Shown here piece after piece: positions 51,201 through 62,670 of a DNA stretch of 64,000 nucleotides. The translations under genes were made by a program, and so were the position numbers. Source of the stretch: Bigelowiella natans CCMP2755 (lineage: Eukaryota > Protista > Cercozoa). The first letter of the stretch is position 1; every line of letters starts with the position of its first letter. The stretch lies in assembly GCA_000320545.1 (NCBI GenBank), contig ADNK01000002.1, positions 1-64,000 on the forward strand. The letters are read 5' to 3'. Below the pieces are notes generated by a model. It had not been told where the DNA came from. It saw nothing but the letters and a program-made list of their open reading frames with translations, and made no database searches.

Positions 51201-52018
51201 ACCCTAATATTGATGCCTCACCTGTATACTATGCCCAGTCCAACTCCAAGGTAGAGCGACTCCACCGCACCTTGGCCAACCTAAGCAGGATAAATAGCAC
51301 CACACCAGACAAGATACAAGGGTTAGTAAACGACACCTTCACGTCTGGGGGAGGTATCAAGGATAAGGAGAGGGAAGAAGGCGACGACAACGACGACGAT
51401 ACCGAGAGCGAAGACGAGAAGGTCCCGTACGATGGCCGAGTTCTAAAGGAAGGACAGTATGTTAGGGCCAAGGTAAATCTGAGATCGAGAAATAAACAAG
51501 ACCCCTTCTGGGGTGGCGTTGCAAAGGTTACCGAGAGGAAGGGGAGGAAGCAGTACTACATCTATGATGGGAACAGGGTCACCTTGCGCCACATCAGTCA
51601 CCTAAAGAATTATGATATCGGTGAGAAGCTCCTAGAGGATGTTAAAGTAAACCCTACTGTGTGGGAGCGAGCAATGCCTTGTTTAGGACCCCGACCTAAG
51701 TTCGATGTGGAATATGGAAACAATAAGGTCAGGGTGAACGACGATTGGCGCATGAAGATTGTCTATCTAGGCTACCCTGGATTACGAAATATGGAGAGGG
51801 TAGCTATGAAAATAAAGGACGGAAAATATCAGCTACTCTACCTAGCTGTTCCCGACTTACCCTTTGAGCACTGGTATAAGGTCCTGGGGGACCTTGATGC
51901 AGAGGGCTGGTATGGACACGAACCTAAGGACGAAGGTGAGTTCTGGGTAAGCGACAAAGGAGATAAGGTTAGAGAGGAATCTATTACCTGGTGGTTGGTG
52001 AAGTTCCGAAAGCGATGA
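48191..52018 (+). CDS. pol: Gypsy Pol (PR-RT-RNase H-IN plus extra C-terminal domain)
   Basis: ALWDSGS; SPWN; FPYGL; YVDD; LWTDWS; TDHKPL; integrase IVQID..VDNE..SNSKVERLHRT. The frame opens at 48191 after a TAA; first ATG is at 48224. Confidence 0.95.
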   Translation, partial: DCRDRKEGRPRMTIRQLNEHYEKLKRKKGRGQGYNNSKWQGSNNGKNNKYKNKKQNSINAIQQQINGILDHLKQAPTKTAVPATQDQDKPMTLDDIKNLGVCNINDEDANRTIKVAMTKVKVKDSYGDYKKLPALWDSGSMPKSFISLSTVRRLGLLDQVTKKERKYAQADGSSSMKTVGELMLKLQIPGSDAETQIKTRVAMTLSMELLLGQDALEKLGGIISFYNHKIYFAKLPKKSGRTISQNMIRLDEWTSESSVNALEFMDLADNKLPTPTELRKKNPGKTIRQITELLDKTPPADDWDIDKGKKYINKILNEKYSDITKPTTKPSSKLTPVKIELKKGYEECIINDPEHRRPEADWEKIEWQINEWAKEGKIEPSNSPWNVRHVLAKKPTYPFFRLAHNFIRHNRVIKRIQTPTPRIDDVIEHVIGYKYYSSLDKNESYMQTPIHKTSRPITAFSSRHRKWHFVVFPYGLSISGDAFSSQNYRAYTHDGMASVLWVFVFVYVDDDIICTNTVVAQIFLLENIFIRFAHFGFTIRLQKCTFLATRIKWCGYYLEQGRITPNPEKVAALQQAPKPKNAKELKSFLQTAAWILRRFSPTYARTAAAFTTAYRKENSVGLSFAKVWAKAGLDAHFDNLIKLCSNTLLNAKLDTTRPATLWTDWSKLGMAAVLTQDQQIIRVWGRACTAAEAKYSPTKGEYKAMTEAQRKLRYYLLSVPSFTLMTDHKPLLGIDRKLEAPNDEYAAMRADTEEFRDKRTVVYAPGDKQLADYFSRLFEKKVPTQVTPRVNAITFEDGDFLPEPEELQHLQEHLDKYKHKHEVLSDRIYVYTNNVRRTYVPRRTRGALLFTAHGPAHVGENHITALLYHYYWPYKLKEIRTYLRGCRCSSLKAAGVATKESSKSRASKKIKARNFLDIVQIDVYKYDGYHYLTFVDVATGKCWVKKIIKVNVAKKNKGLYKQRLTNCYRTWESELQAIPDEVSINKIPKKLHVDNETSLLQLPHPNIDASPVYYAQSNSKVERLHRTLANLSRINSTTPDKIQGLVNDTFTSGGGIKDKEREEGDDNDDDTESEDEKVPYDGRVLKEGQYVRAKVNLRSRNKQDPFWGGVAKVTERKGRKQYYIYDGNRVTLRHISHLKNYDIGEKLLEDVKVNPTVWERAMPCLGPRPKFDVEYGNNKVRVNDDWRMKIVYLGYPGLRNMERVAMKIKDGKYQLLYLAVPDLPFEHWYKVLGDLDAEGWYGHEPKDEGEFWVSDKGDKVREESITWWLVKFRKR

Positions 52019-52069
52019 AGGTCTAAGGGAATAAGGAAGGAAGGAAGGAGCAACGTGACTTGGGGGAGG

Positions 52070-52395
52070 TGTAGCGCGTACCACTACGCGGGCACAAGTC
52101 ACGTGCGACAACAAAGGGGTTGTCGCGGATATAGAATATAGATAACGTAGATATTAATACAGCATAGGCACGTGGGTTCCGGCGGGACTCATGGCAGCAC
52201 ACCGGAAGTGTGCTGCCCCACGTGCGGCGGCATTCGCGAAAGCTTCGCGAATGATTACGCAGTGCACGATTTAATAAAAATATAATCTTTAATAAAAATA
52301 AACACAACTCTTCAAAAGGAAGCAAACGTGCCTTTCCCCCCCCCTGCCTACTTGTGCACGTAGCGCCTCGGCCTGTGAACACCTTACGCGCAACA
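52070..52395 (+). repeat. Gypsy 3' LTR
   Basis: Follows the PPT; identical to the 5' LTR by eye. Confidence 0.95.
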
Positions 52396-52838
52396 CATTT
52401 GCACGCAGCAGAGCCTCAACAACACTCGTTGCAAGGACTTGTCAGCACCCTGTTGGTGAGAGACACAAAAAATCAGCCGCATCCCATGAAATTGGCATGA
52501 AACAATGAAACAATGAAACAATGATGAAAAACTACATTTCCAAAGTTTTGCAAGACACTGGCATGGATGATGATGAACTGCGTTTCCAAAATGTCGGAAT
52601 GTGAGTGACTTGTGAATCTGAAACAGATTCATGGAGCTCAAGAATGCGACATGAATGTGTGAATGACGCACAACACAATTGGGGTCCTGTTTGTGAATCG
52701 ATTCATGGAGCTTAAGAATGCGACATGAATGTGTGCCTGACGCACATCACAATTGGACTGATGTTTACCACTACGACTCATTTGAGCCCGGTGAAGGAAG
52801 AAGGGTAGTTACATAAGACTCGAAACCTCCATTCTCCC

Positions 52839-52840
<2 letters not shown>

Positions 52841-52896
<56 letters not shown>
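52841..52896. repeat. (AG)n microsatellite
   Basis: Pure AG run. Confidence 0.95.
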
Positions 52897-52899
<3 letters not shown>

Positions 52900-53114
52900 A
52901 GGAGGACCTTCTACGACGACGAGGAGGACAAGTGTGCTAAGATTGCAAAATTCAAAATTTGAACAAGTTTCGACCTCAATTATCAACCACGTGCGCTTCT
53001 TTGGATGCGAGCAGAAACTACTACTAGCATCAAAAACAAAAAGGTAGCTACCCCTAATACCGTGTTTTAACATCAATCTTACAACCACACAATATGTGCG
53101 CCATAAATTTGTAG

Positions 53115-53726
53115 GGTAGGAAGTCTGTGGTGCTCAATTCTGAAGCTTGGCTCGAATTTTGCAAAGAAAGGGAGATACTAAAGACCAAAAGCGACGAGCA
53201 GGTGCAGGATTATGGAGACTCCGATAGCGATGAGGAAGAAGCTGACCGAAAAAATAGAAATGAGGTTTAAAAAAATGATCCGGAATCTTCGATTACCTTT
53301 GACATAGTTGTCTTATTAGGGAAGGAAATCCATAGTGATGGACGCAAAGGCATGGGAAGAGCATGCAAAAAAGATTAAGAAAATGTTAGATGATGCAGAA
53401 AAGAAAAATGAAGTATTTGATGGCGGAGATTCCAATGGCAGCAGTGGAGATTTTCAAAAGGTGCTACTTAATGATTTCATTCTCCATTTACTAAAGAGAT
53501 GTTGTAATATTCAGCGTCAGGTAGTTACAATGGATTCATCAAAATCACAGACAAATTCAAGTACGCTTCAAAGCGATGCCAAAGTGGAGGTAAGAATTAT
53601 ATTTAGTAACACTTAGCCGTGAGGGACTTTAATTTCAAGTCAGATCCAATCTGTAGTTTGTTTCACTTTCTTTCCTATTCTTGTCAGAATTTTGGAGAAG
53701 ACAGTGATGAAGATGAAGACGACTGA
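53115..53726 (+). CDS. Small acidic hypothetical protein with internal repeat, multi-exon (5' end not found)
   Basis: Two exons begin with related motifs GRKSVVLNSEAWLEFCK and GRKSIVMDAKAWEEHAK; ends NFGEDSDEDEDD with TGA at 53724-53726. Confidence 0.5.
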
Positions 53727-54760
53727 TAGCGAGCATTAGGCGTAGATGGGGATGATTGCCACTAGCCATGTTGCTGCACCGACAGGATGCTTTAACAAAA
53801 CATCGGGTGCCGACAATGTGTGATCATGGAGGTGATAATATCCAGCTACTTCTGATGCGATGATTTAGACTTTCACTTGCTAGCTTGTACGCGTTATAAA
53901 CAGCTGCGATGGCTAGTTTGTACGTTATGCGTATCAAGATGTCGTAGGCGGCGTTCTCGATCGTATATCCCATGATCACGATCGATCGCTAGATCGATCA
54001 ACACGGCTCGCATATCGCAATAAAAGCAGCTGGGCTACACATCAAGACATGCACATATGCACAACGTAGCCGCTGCTCGCGCATATATAGCTAGCTTCGT
54101 AGCTACATTACTAGATTAGGGTGACGTACTATTGAAAGAATGCAATCATTTCATTACTCCATCTCATGTAACTGTTATTGCTAGCGCCAACAATGTCCAT
54201 GACTACTAGACTAGATAAGGCGGATCGGATGTAAACGACTGTGTGAATTTTTTATTTTTAAATGTCATCGTGATGTACGTACTAGCTAAGATGCGTCTAT
54301 GACTATGGTCCATACATGTCATGTGATAGAAAATTATGTAAATTATAATATTTATGTATATTATATAGCATGTATATACATGCTACATGGTATATAAAAG
54401 TATATTACGACGAGATAGTATTACGTACGTCTTGCGGTGACACAAATAAATCAACTCCAACATGTATTATGCCAGCTTGTATTCCTAGATTTTAACTTTA
54501 CAAATACATATAATAACGATACTCATTCACCGTGAGATACAATCAAAAGAAGCTTAGTTCGCTTGAATCTCTGAGTTCTGTGTTCCCATGGCTATTCGTC
54601 AATGATTCTACAGAGCGATACTCATCCAACTAGAATAGAATGATTATGTAACCCAAATGTTCCTAATGAACTCCTTTAACTTCGTTCTATGTTCAATACC
54701 GCAAGGTCTTTGTTTATCCTTCTTACTATTACAAGTGTGGGTTCATAACAACGTATTTCT

Positions 54761-56317
54761 TCAGTTGGTATTCCTCATGAAGCCTTTCTTATGAACGTTT
54801 GTAGTGGAATGCTGTTTTTTTCCCATCGGCTTACTCTTCTTCCCTCTTACAGTTGGAGTATGAGAGCTACCTCCGACAGTTACTCTCATTATCCATGAGT
54901 CAAGAGTATCAGAAGCAAGTTTGAATGCAGAAGGGCTTGCCCGCAAAATGTTCTCTGCCGTCTCAGCACCTACCCTTTTCTCTAACTCGCTTCGCACGTG
55001 CATGACTCTATCAGATGATACCCTGAGCATGCCGGGGGATCGTTCTATGACTGCAAGTGCGTGTGATTCAGACCCTAAGGCTTCTGCCAATGCATCATAA
55101 GCATCCATTGCAGTTTTACTAGGAGCTTTAAGGACGGTTGGATTTTTCTTTATCAGTTCCTCTGCTTTATTCTCCCCAAACAGCTTCTTCAAGACCTTCC
55201 AGGATCCTACCATTGTATCTTTGGGTGAGTTAAGCACCCCTGGAGACTGTCGCACCACTTCAAACGAAGATTGTTCCCCAAGAATTTCAACGAGATTATC
55301 CCATGCTCCCTTCACCGTATAGCCAGGGGCACGGAGAAGATCAGGGTTATTTTGCACTGCTCTCAAAGCTTCAGAATGTCCCAAGACATTTTCAAGCACT
55401 TCCCATGCTCCTTGAACAGTATCTCTAGGAGCTTTCAACACTGCTGGGTTTTTCACAACTAATGCAACCGCAACTTCAGGGCCGAAGAGAACCTGCAGTG
55501 CCTCTAATGAGCCTGTCATTGTAGGCCCTGGAGCTGAAAGAACGTTGGGGCATCTTTCACATAATTCAATGGCATCCTCAGCGCCCACCAATGTCTCTAA
55601 CTTTTCCCATGCTCCCCTTATAGTTGGTTCTGCTACTTTAAGGAGAGAAGGGCTCTTGCGTATGAGTGAGGTTGCTTTTTCTCTCCCAACAAATTCAACT
55701 AGAGCATCAAAAGATTTGACCATCGTCGATTCAGGTGATGTTAGTACAACACTGGTACGAGTGACAAGCTGCAGAGCGTCGTCTTCTCCAAATAAAGATT
55801 TGATTACATGCCAAGCACCAGATAGAGTTGTGAGAGGTGTGGCCAGCACTCCAGGTCTTTTTATGAGGATATCCTTGGCCTTTTCAGATCCTACAAGATC
55901 TTCCAAAAACTTGAATGATGAGCGAGCACACAATTCTGGTGCTTTAAAGACACCCGGACTGCGTGACATGACTTTTATGGCGTTCGATAGGCCAACCTGC
56001 TCAACGACAAACTCCCATGTACCTGTAGCGGTACAATTCGCAATTGGACGAAGGCATCCTGTAGGAGTCATAAGTAACTTCGTTGCTTTGCTTGCAGAAA
56101 GTTGCTGCATCATGAGATCCTGGATAGTTCTTCTGGGTTTTTGAAACTGACTATTACCATTATCTGAAAGTTGATGATGATGTCCTCGCACTGCAAGCTC
56201 TCTCCAAGTATCCTTCATAAACACTAACGAATCTGTACCCTCACATACAGACTGGTCATTGAAGTACAAACTGTTTCTATGAAGATGACTAATGTGAAAT
56301 CTTCTCGAAAACGGCAA
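54761..56317 (-). CDS. mTERF-like helical repeat protein, probably organelle-targeted (true start upstream)
   Basis: About 11 repeats of ~34 aa of the form GAW..L..LxG.E.A..LV...P.VL.AP..T, resembling mTERF repeats. Confidence 0.7.
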   Translation of the reverse strand: MPFSRRFHISHLHRNSLYFNDQSVCEGTDSLVFMKDTWRELAVRGHHHQLSDNGNSQFQKPRRTIQDLMMQQLSASKATKLLMTPTGCLRPIANCTATGTWEFVVEQVGLSNAIKVMSRSPGVFKAPELCARSSFKFLEDLVGSEKAKDILIKRPGVLATPLTTLSGAWHVIKSLFGEDDALQLVTRTSVVLTSPESTMVKSFDALVEFVGREKATSLIRKSPSLLKVAEPTIRGAWEKLETLVGAEDAIELCERCPNVLSAPGPTMTGSLEALQVLFGPEVAVALVVKNPAVLKAPRDTVQGAWEVLENVLGHSEALRAVQNNPDLLRAPGYTVKGAWDNLVEILGEQSSFEVVRQSPGVLNSPKDTMVGSWKVLKKLFGENKAEELIKKNPTVLKAPSKTAMDAYDALAEALGSESHALAVIERSPGMLRVSSDRVMHVRSELEKRVGAETAENILRASPSAFKLASDTLDSWIMRVTVGGSSHTPTVRGKKSKPMGKKQHSTTNVHKKGFMRNTN

Positions 56318-57390
56318 AGGATGTCCAACACTTCCGCGTCCACTTTGTGTTCGTGTGTACGCAAAGCCACTTCTTAATCGGTAAGGCTCCTAGTAAATTA
56401 AAAAATTATCATTAATTTACAAAGATATAAGCTGAATTTAGTCGTATTGAAATTGTGTGGTAATAAATTACAGCTGGTTGCATGAGGAGAAGCATGAAGA
56501 AGGCTCCAACGACGATAGGTTGCATACTTGGATGGACGACAACCCCACACACTCCATACACACCAAACATCACCGCCACGTACTATACACGCGCGAACGC
56601 ATGTGCGAACGTGCACAAGGGTGAATTATAGTGTCAAGTAGGACGTATGAGAGTAGGGGGGGGTGGGTGTTGTGTTGTGTTCTGACCGACCGTCACTATC
56701 CGGCACTACCTGCTCGTAAGATGCGAAGGTTGTTGTTTCTATTGTATAAGAAATACTCTCATCTGTAGGAAATACGCAGTATCTTTTGCGCCAACTTGAT
56801 TATCACACAAGATTTAGAAGAAGACGACGACAGAAATTGTTCTATGAATTATTGTTATTATTTCAAATAAGTCAGAAAATAAGTATGCAAGGAATGACCA
56901 AAATATGATTTTATTATAACAGTTGAAATCCCAAAGGTGGTTGTCCACGTTCTTGCTGCTGAGAACAAACATGAATGGTAATATTCCCATCATATTTTAT
57001 ACACGTACAACGATGGTGTCAATCAACAAATTTAGAAGTATTCTGCAATGATACAGGTGCTTGTTGGTGATGGGGCTATTGATTTGATGGTGTTGGTGAT
57101 TGCGGTGGTGGAAAGCTTGAACTAGCAATTAGTGGTAAAATACTCGTGCGAGTTAACAATGAAAATGGGATGGCAATAATATGATGGTGATGATAATGAC
57201 CAGAATTACAACGATCGTTGGAAACACCCTGCAGAGTAGGGAGCAGAAGAAATCGTTGTACGCACAAATTGCGTTGAAGAGTGCATATGAGTAGTACTGA
57301 AAGATAGCAGGGTACGAATGGCTCACTGGACCAACGAACAGAAGTGGAACTTTCTTCGTCGTTATCCTGTAGCACCATTGGATAGAGAAA

Positions 57391-58716
57391 ATGGCCATAC
57401 ACTCCAAGTAATGAAACCAAGAAGATAAATGATAGCCTACAGCGCACAGCTTATTCTAAGCTTGTTTTGATAACAACTTAGTCTTCGAAGGATAGTTCGA
57501 GGTTCAGCTTTTGTACTCCTTATCTCTATACTTGGTTTTCAACAACACCTTCGTGATAATAAGGCAGCGATGCAACCCAAGTTACTGCTGTCAGGTTGTT
57601 GTTGTTGTTTTTGCTGCTGCTGCTGCTGTTTACCATCTTTTACATATTCCATCATCATCACTATCATCGTACTAAATCGTGACTGGTTCTTGTTCTCCTC
57701 AAAAGTAGAGTCCAGAGCTGCTTCTCGAAGAGGATCATTATCATCATCTTCGTCATCATCATTACCATCTTCAATCAACAGCTGGATGTTAGTCCCTGCT
57801 GGTATTAAAAGCATCGGACTACAGCATGAAGAACGACATCACGACGTTTTTGAAGAAGATGATGAAAACGAAAAGAAAGATGATGAAGAAGAAGAAGGCC
57901 ATTGGAGAAGGGGAGGAGAAAATGTTGTTGTTTTCGGTAAAGCTGCAAACGAGAAAAATACATACAGAGTAGGCAGATTGGAAAATGCAGACATTAAGTT
58001 GACGGGTGCTTCATGTTCAAGGAGGTAATAATGTGATGATGTCATAATTTAGCATCTACTAAGATAAAAGGCTGATCCATAACACAATAGCGTTCATCGA
58101 CTAGCCAATCACATTGATAATTACATTTATGATGATAATAATGATGACACAACTACATCGTTTATCGAGAGATAGGAAAGCAAACTAACCCTAATATTTC
58201 CCTATACATTAGGCATGCCATATTTCGAATTAGCGACAGTAGTCAGAAAGGAGGAGCATCTTCCTTCTCCTCGTCTTCTCATCATCAGCAGCAGTATACA
58301 AAAATCACGGTGACAGATCTAGGGACATCATCAGGCACATTTCTAAATGATCAACGGTAATGATGATGATGATGATGATGATGATGATGTTTAAATTTGT
58401 CGTTCAGTCACATGATCTATTGGATTCACACTTGTATGATATGATGTTAGAATCGTGATGTTGTTGCATACATAGGCTGTCCTCTTTGGTAGAGCGTGAG
58501 TTATGCCATGGGGATGTTATTCGGTTTGGCAAAGGTAGTAGTAGTAGATGTTGATGATGATAGAGGTCAAGGAATAAGAACAATGATTGTGATAATTCAA
58601 GTTAGCCATGAAACAAATGAAAACTACTCTGTATTTTATCGGTGCTTTGTGTCAAATCATAATCAAGAAAAAAACACGGAATATTTTTATACATATATAA
58701 ATATATTATTCTTCGG

Positions 58717-58755
<39 letters not shown>

Positions 58756-59118
58756 GTGCGTGTGTCTGTGTTTGTGAGGCAGGGCAGGGAGGGAGGGAGA
58801 AAGTGAAGGTTAAGGGGGGATAGAGATAGAAGGTGCCTGTTGTCTTAGACTGCTATGGTAGCATTATCATTATTTGTTTACAGCCTCTCTCTTTCTCTTC
58901 TTCCTATTCTCTGAATGTTGATTCTACAGGATCATCGTCAAGTTTTACTGTGAAAGCTCCCAAATCACATCCTTCTACAACATGCCATGATCCATATCTA
59001 CATCGTATTCAAATAGAGCAAGAATATGCTCAGAAAGTCGTTGAAAAGGAGAAGAGTAGACGGTTCTGTAAAACAAAGCCTCTCCTGTTACCAAAAACTA
59101 GCACAAAAGCTACTACTG

Positions 59119-59150
<32 letters not shown>

Positions 59151-59702
59151 GGCTTCGTTGAGGACAGCAGAATAAAAACAACTACTACGACACCAGCAGC
59201 AGCAAGAGCATCAGCCGCAAGAATAAGAATAAGTGCTGGTGCTCAACGTGACTACTCTATCAGTGGGCTAGATGCTCCTGCCCCTTCGTGGGGAGATAAA
59301 ACGTCGTATCCAAGAGACGGCCGCTCATACACTTTGACAAGCAGTTCGTCGTCTATAACGAGGAGGAGTGAGAAGGAGGAGAAAGAAGAAGAAGAAGAAG
59401 AAGAAGAAGAAGAACAGCATATTATTAGCAAGGGGACTGTGCTGCATATTGGGCGTCATCCTGATTGTCACGTGGTAGATTCACGCAAACGACAACGACG
59501 AGGAGGAGGAGGAGGAGAAGGGGGAGGAAGAGGAGAGGACACGAGCGTGTTGTGTATGTATGTATGTATGTATGTATGTATGCATTAGTATCAATACCAG
59601 TGGCAGTCATCATCTTAGTTAATATACTGATCTGATGGAGGAGCACATCTCTGCTGTTCTAGGAACAACTTATATCATCACTGACTACTACTACTACTAC
59701 CA

Positions 59703-59735
<33 letters not shown>

Positions 59736-60319
59736 GCAGGTGTTGAGCCATACCTCATCCTCACGATTGCACGCTATAATCTCAATAAGGAGATTAGACA
59801 AAGTAATAATAAAGAGAAATAGAATCACTGCTGCTACTGTAGAACGATGCCTATTAGTAGTAAGTAAGCATATCAGAGCTGTGTATTTGTTGTAGCTTAT
59901 ATATTATAACTCTGTTTATTGTAAATATATTTTATACCTAGTACTAATATTTATCGTTGTTGTCGTTATTGTTGTTGCCTACTACTACCTGGGTTACACA
60001 GGTTCTTTGTATAGAGGATGCGGGGTCTGCTAGAGGGTCGTCCTCCGTTTGAGAGATAAATATGTTATTGCACACTTCTTTCGAGAATTTTATAATATTT
60101 CAAGCAGCCTGCAAGTATTAATACAACAGTATCATATCTCTTGTGTGATATCTAGACAAACGATAGTTGATGATATTCACTATGCACGTGTTTTAATTGT
60201 TGTTGTTCTTCTTCTTCTTGTTTTATAAAGGACATTTCTAAACAAAGAACGTATTCCACCACACATTCCCACACCTTTACATCCAGGAGATGTGGTACTA
60301 CTAACACTTAGAGTTATTG

Positions 60320-60354
<35 letters not shown>

Positions 60355-60879
60355 TGTACTGTTTCGTCACAAGCCAATGATATTCTTTTTCTCGTCAAGT
60401 AAATATGCAGTAGTAATGTGGAAATTATAGCACTTTTCCGCATTATTTTTTGTTCAACACATGCTCTCTGTTATTTATCGGAGCATACAGTTACATTGTA
60501 GGACGATAAAATAAGAAGAGGAAGAAACTGAAGAAAATGATGATGATGATGATGATGATGATGACGACGACGACGAGACTGAATTTTTCTCTTTTCACAA
60601 TTCTACTCTCCTCCCCTGCTTCCAATTGGGTATCCACGACCTAATCTCATTAGCATTAATTTAATAAATGTTGTTGCAGTTATCATTTGGGGTTGACAAA
60701 AGAAAAAGGTGCCTCCTCTTCCTCCTATTCCTCCTCCTCCTATATAATAAAATACTTAATGTGTCGTTGATTATTATTATTTAATTTAGTAGCGGTGGCA
60801 GTGGTAGTACTATCTGCCTATCACTTCTAAGTATTTATTTAGCAAAGGCAAAAAATGATGATTATGGCTGATGATGATT

Positions 60880-60912
<33 letters not shown>

Positions 60913-61448
60913 CTCCTTATGTTATTATTCAAAAATCATTCAAGCAGATACGTTCTCGGTCTTTTGCTAACACATGGAGAGGCAGAGAAGGAGGAGGAAG
61001 AAGAATTATTGGGAAGGTACAGTGATTCACATCGTCCTCGTCGTCATCGATCGTTTTAAGGAAGAAGGGGCAAAAGTAGATCATATTCTTGTGTCGTCTA
61101 CGCTTTGATGTCTAGGATGATAATAATAACTACTACTACTACTCTTCTCCTCCTTTAAATTACGATAGGAATATGATAAAGAAAAATGGGGAGGAGGAAA
61201 AGAAGAAGATGTCACGACAGAGGCGATTAGCAGATAAGGCTGTTTTCATCACCCAGGTGATGATGATGATGATGATGATCATCGATAGATCGATCGAAGA
61301 AGAAGAAGAAGAAGAAGAAGAAGAAGAAAAGATTCCAAATTATGAGTAAGAGAAGTTTTTTTTTTATAAGTCATCATCATCATTATTACTAGTTCTGACT
61401 GAGGAGTAATATATTGGTTTCCACCTCCTTATCTACGTTTGATATTGT

Positions 61449-61481
<33 letters not shown>

Positions 61482-62631
61482 TACTATCAATACCACAGAG
61501 TCGGGCAGAAATGACGAGTAACATTCGTCATAGTAGTAGTAGTAGTAACAATGGTAAGAGAAACCCAGCAGCAGATACTACTGCTACTGCTACTGCTACT
61601 ACTACTACTACTACTACTACTGCGAAGAATGAAGAATTTGGAAGAAACACTGCTATGATGGGATCATCATCATCATCATCATCCAAAATAAAGAAGACAG
61701 GAAGGACGGGTGAAATGATAATATATATGTCAATTCATTCTTCCCCATTATTTACACCGATCCGCATCATTATGGATGCAAAAAACTAATAGGAGTAGTA
61801 GTAGAAGAAGAAGAAGAAGAAAACAAGAAATCAGAGAGACCGGATTTTTCCACCATCCAACGCATATTACTATCATCATATTTATCATCGCCACATCCTC
61901 ATCATCATCATCATCATTATTATTCGCAGAAGTAAGACTTGACAAATCGTGATACTACTACTACTACTACTACCCATCACCACAGGTATCTTGGAATACG
62001 AAGAAGAGGCAGATGATATGGATTGGAGAATAATGAAGTATTCCAACAGGCTCTCAACGTATTCCTATTACCACTCAGACTATACTATTAATATGCTGTA
62101 CTACTACGGTGAAACATGTTTAATGAAAATAAAGTGATGGTTATTCTCCACCGTCATAATTGATCGAGCGATTCTTTCATTCCTCTTCTTATTCCTCTTT
62201 TAGGAAACAAGATGCAAAGGCTACAAAGGCGCTAAAACTAGAAGTAGTGCTTGCCACTATATAGATAATCAATAAGGATAACAACATAAACAACCATATT
62301 TTTGGTATATAGGCTGAATTGAATAGGGCAAGAAAAGAGGCAAATACTTTGGTATGTAACTATCCCATTTCAGTATGTAATGGCTATACGATGAAGATTA
62401 TATTTAATGATGATGATATTGATACAAAGTTGTTAGAAGGACAGTTAAGAACATATTTAATGATGATGATATTGATATACATTTGTTGTTGGAACGACAA
62501 TTAAGTAATTACCTTTACTATGGACGATGATAGTAGTAGTAATATTCTACTTTTTAAGAAGAAGAAAAAGAAGAAGAACAAGAACAAGAGCATATATACT
62601 ACTCAAATATAATTTTCCAATATGTGAATTG

Positions 62632-62670
<39 letters not shown>

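Larger units (their letters stand above)
46681..52395 (+). mobile_element. Complete, recent Ty3/Gypsy LTR retrotransposon
   Basis: Identical 326-bp LTRs with TG..CA ends; 4-bp TSD CATT (46677-46680 and 52396-52399); PPT GGGGGAGG at 52062-52069; possible PBS TGGCTTCCACACACGGG from 47012; PR-RT-RH-IN order. Confidence 0.97.

Noticed and set aside
57076-57814. Minus-strand hydrophobic or acidic ORFs as a membrane-protein gene
   Set aside because: No coherent splice model, and the plus strand explains the region as the 5' part of the FHA gene.
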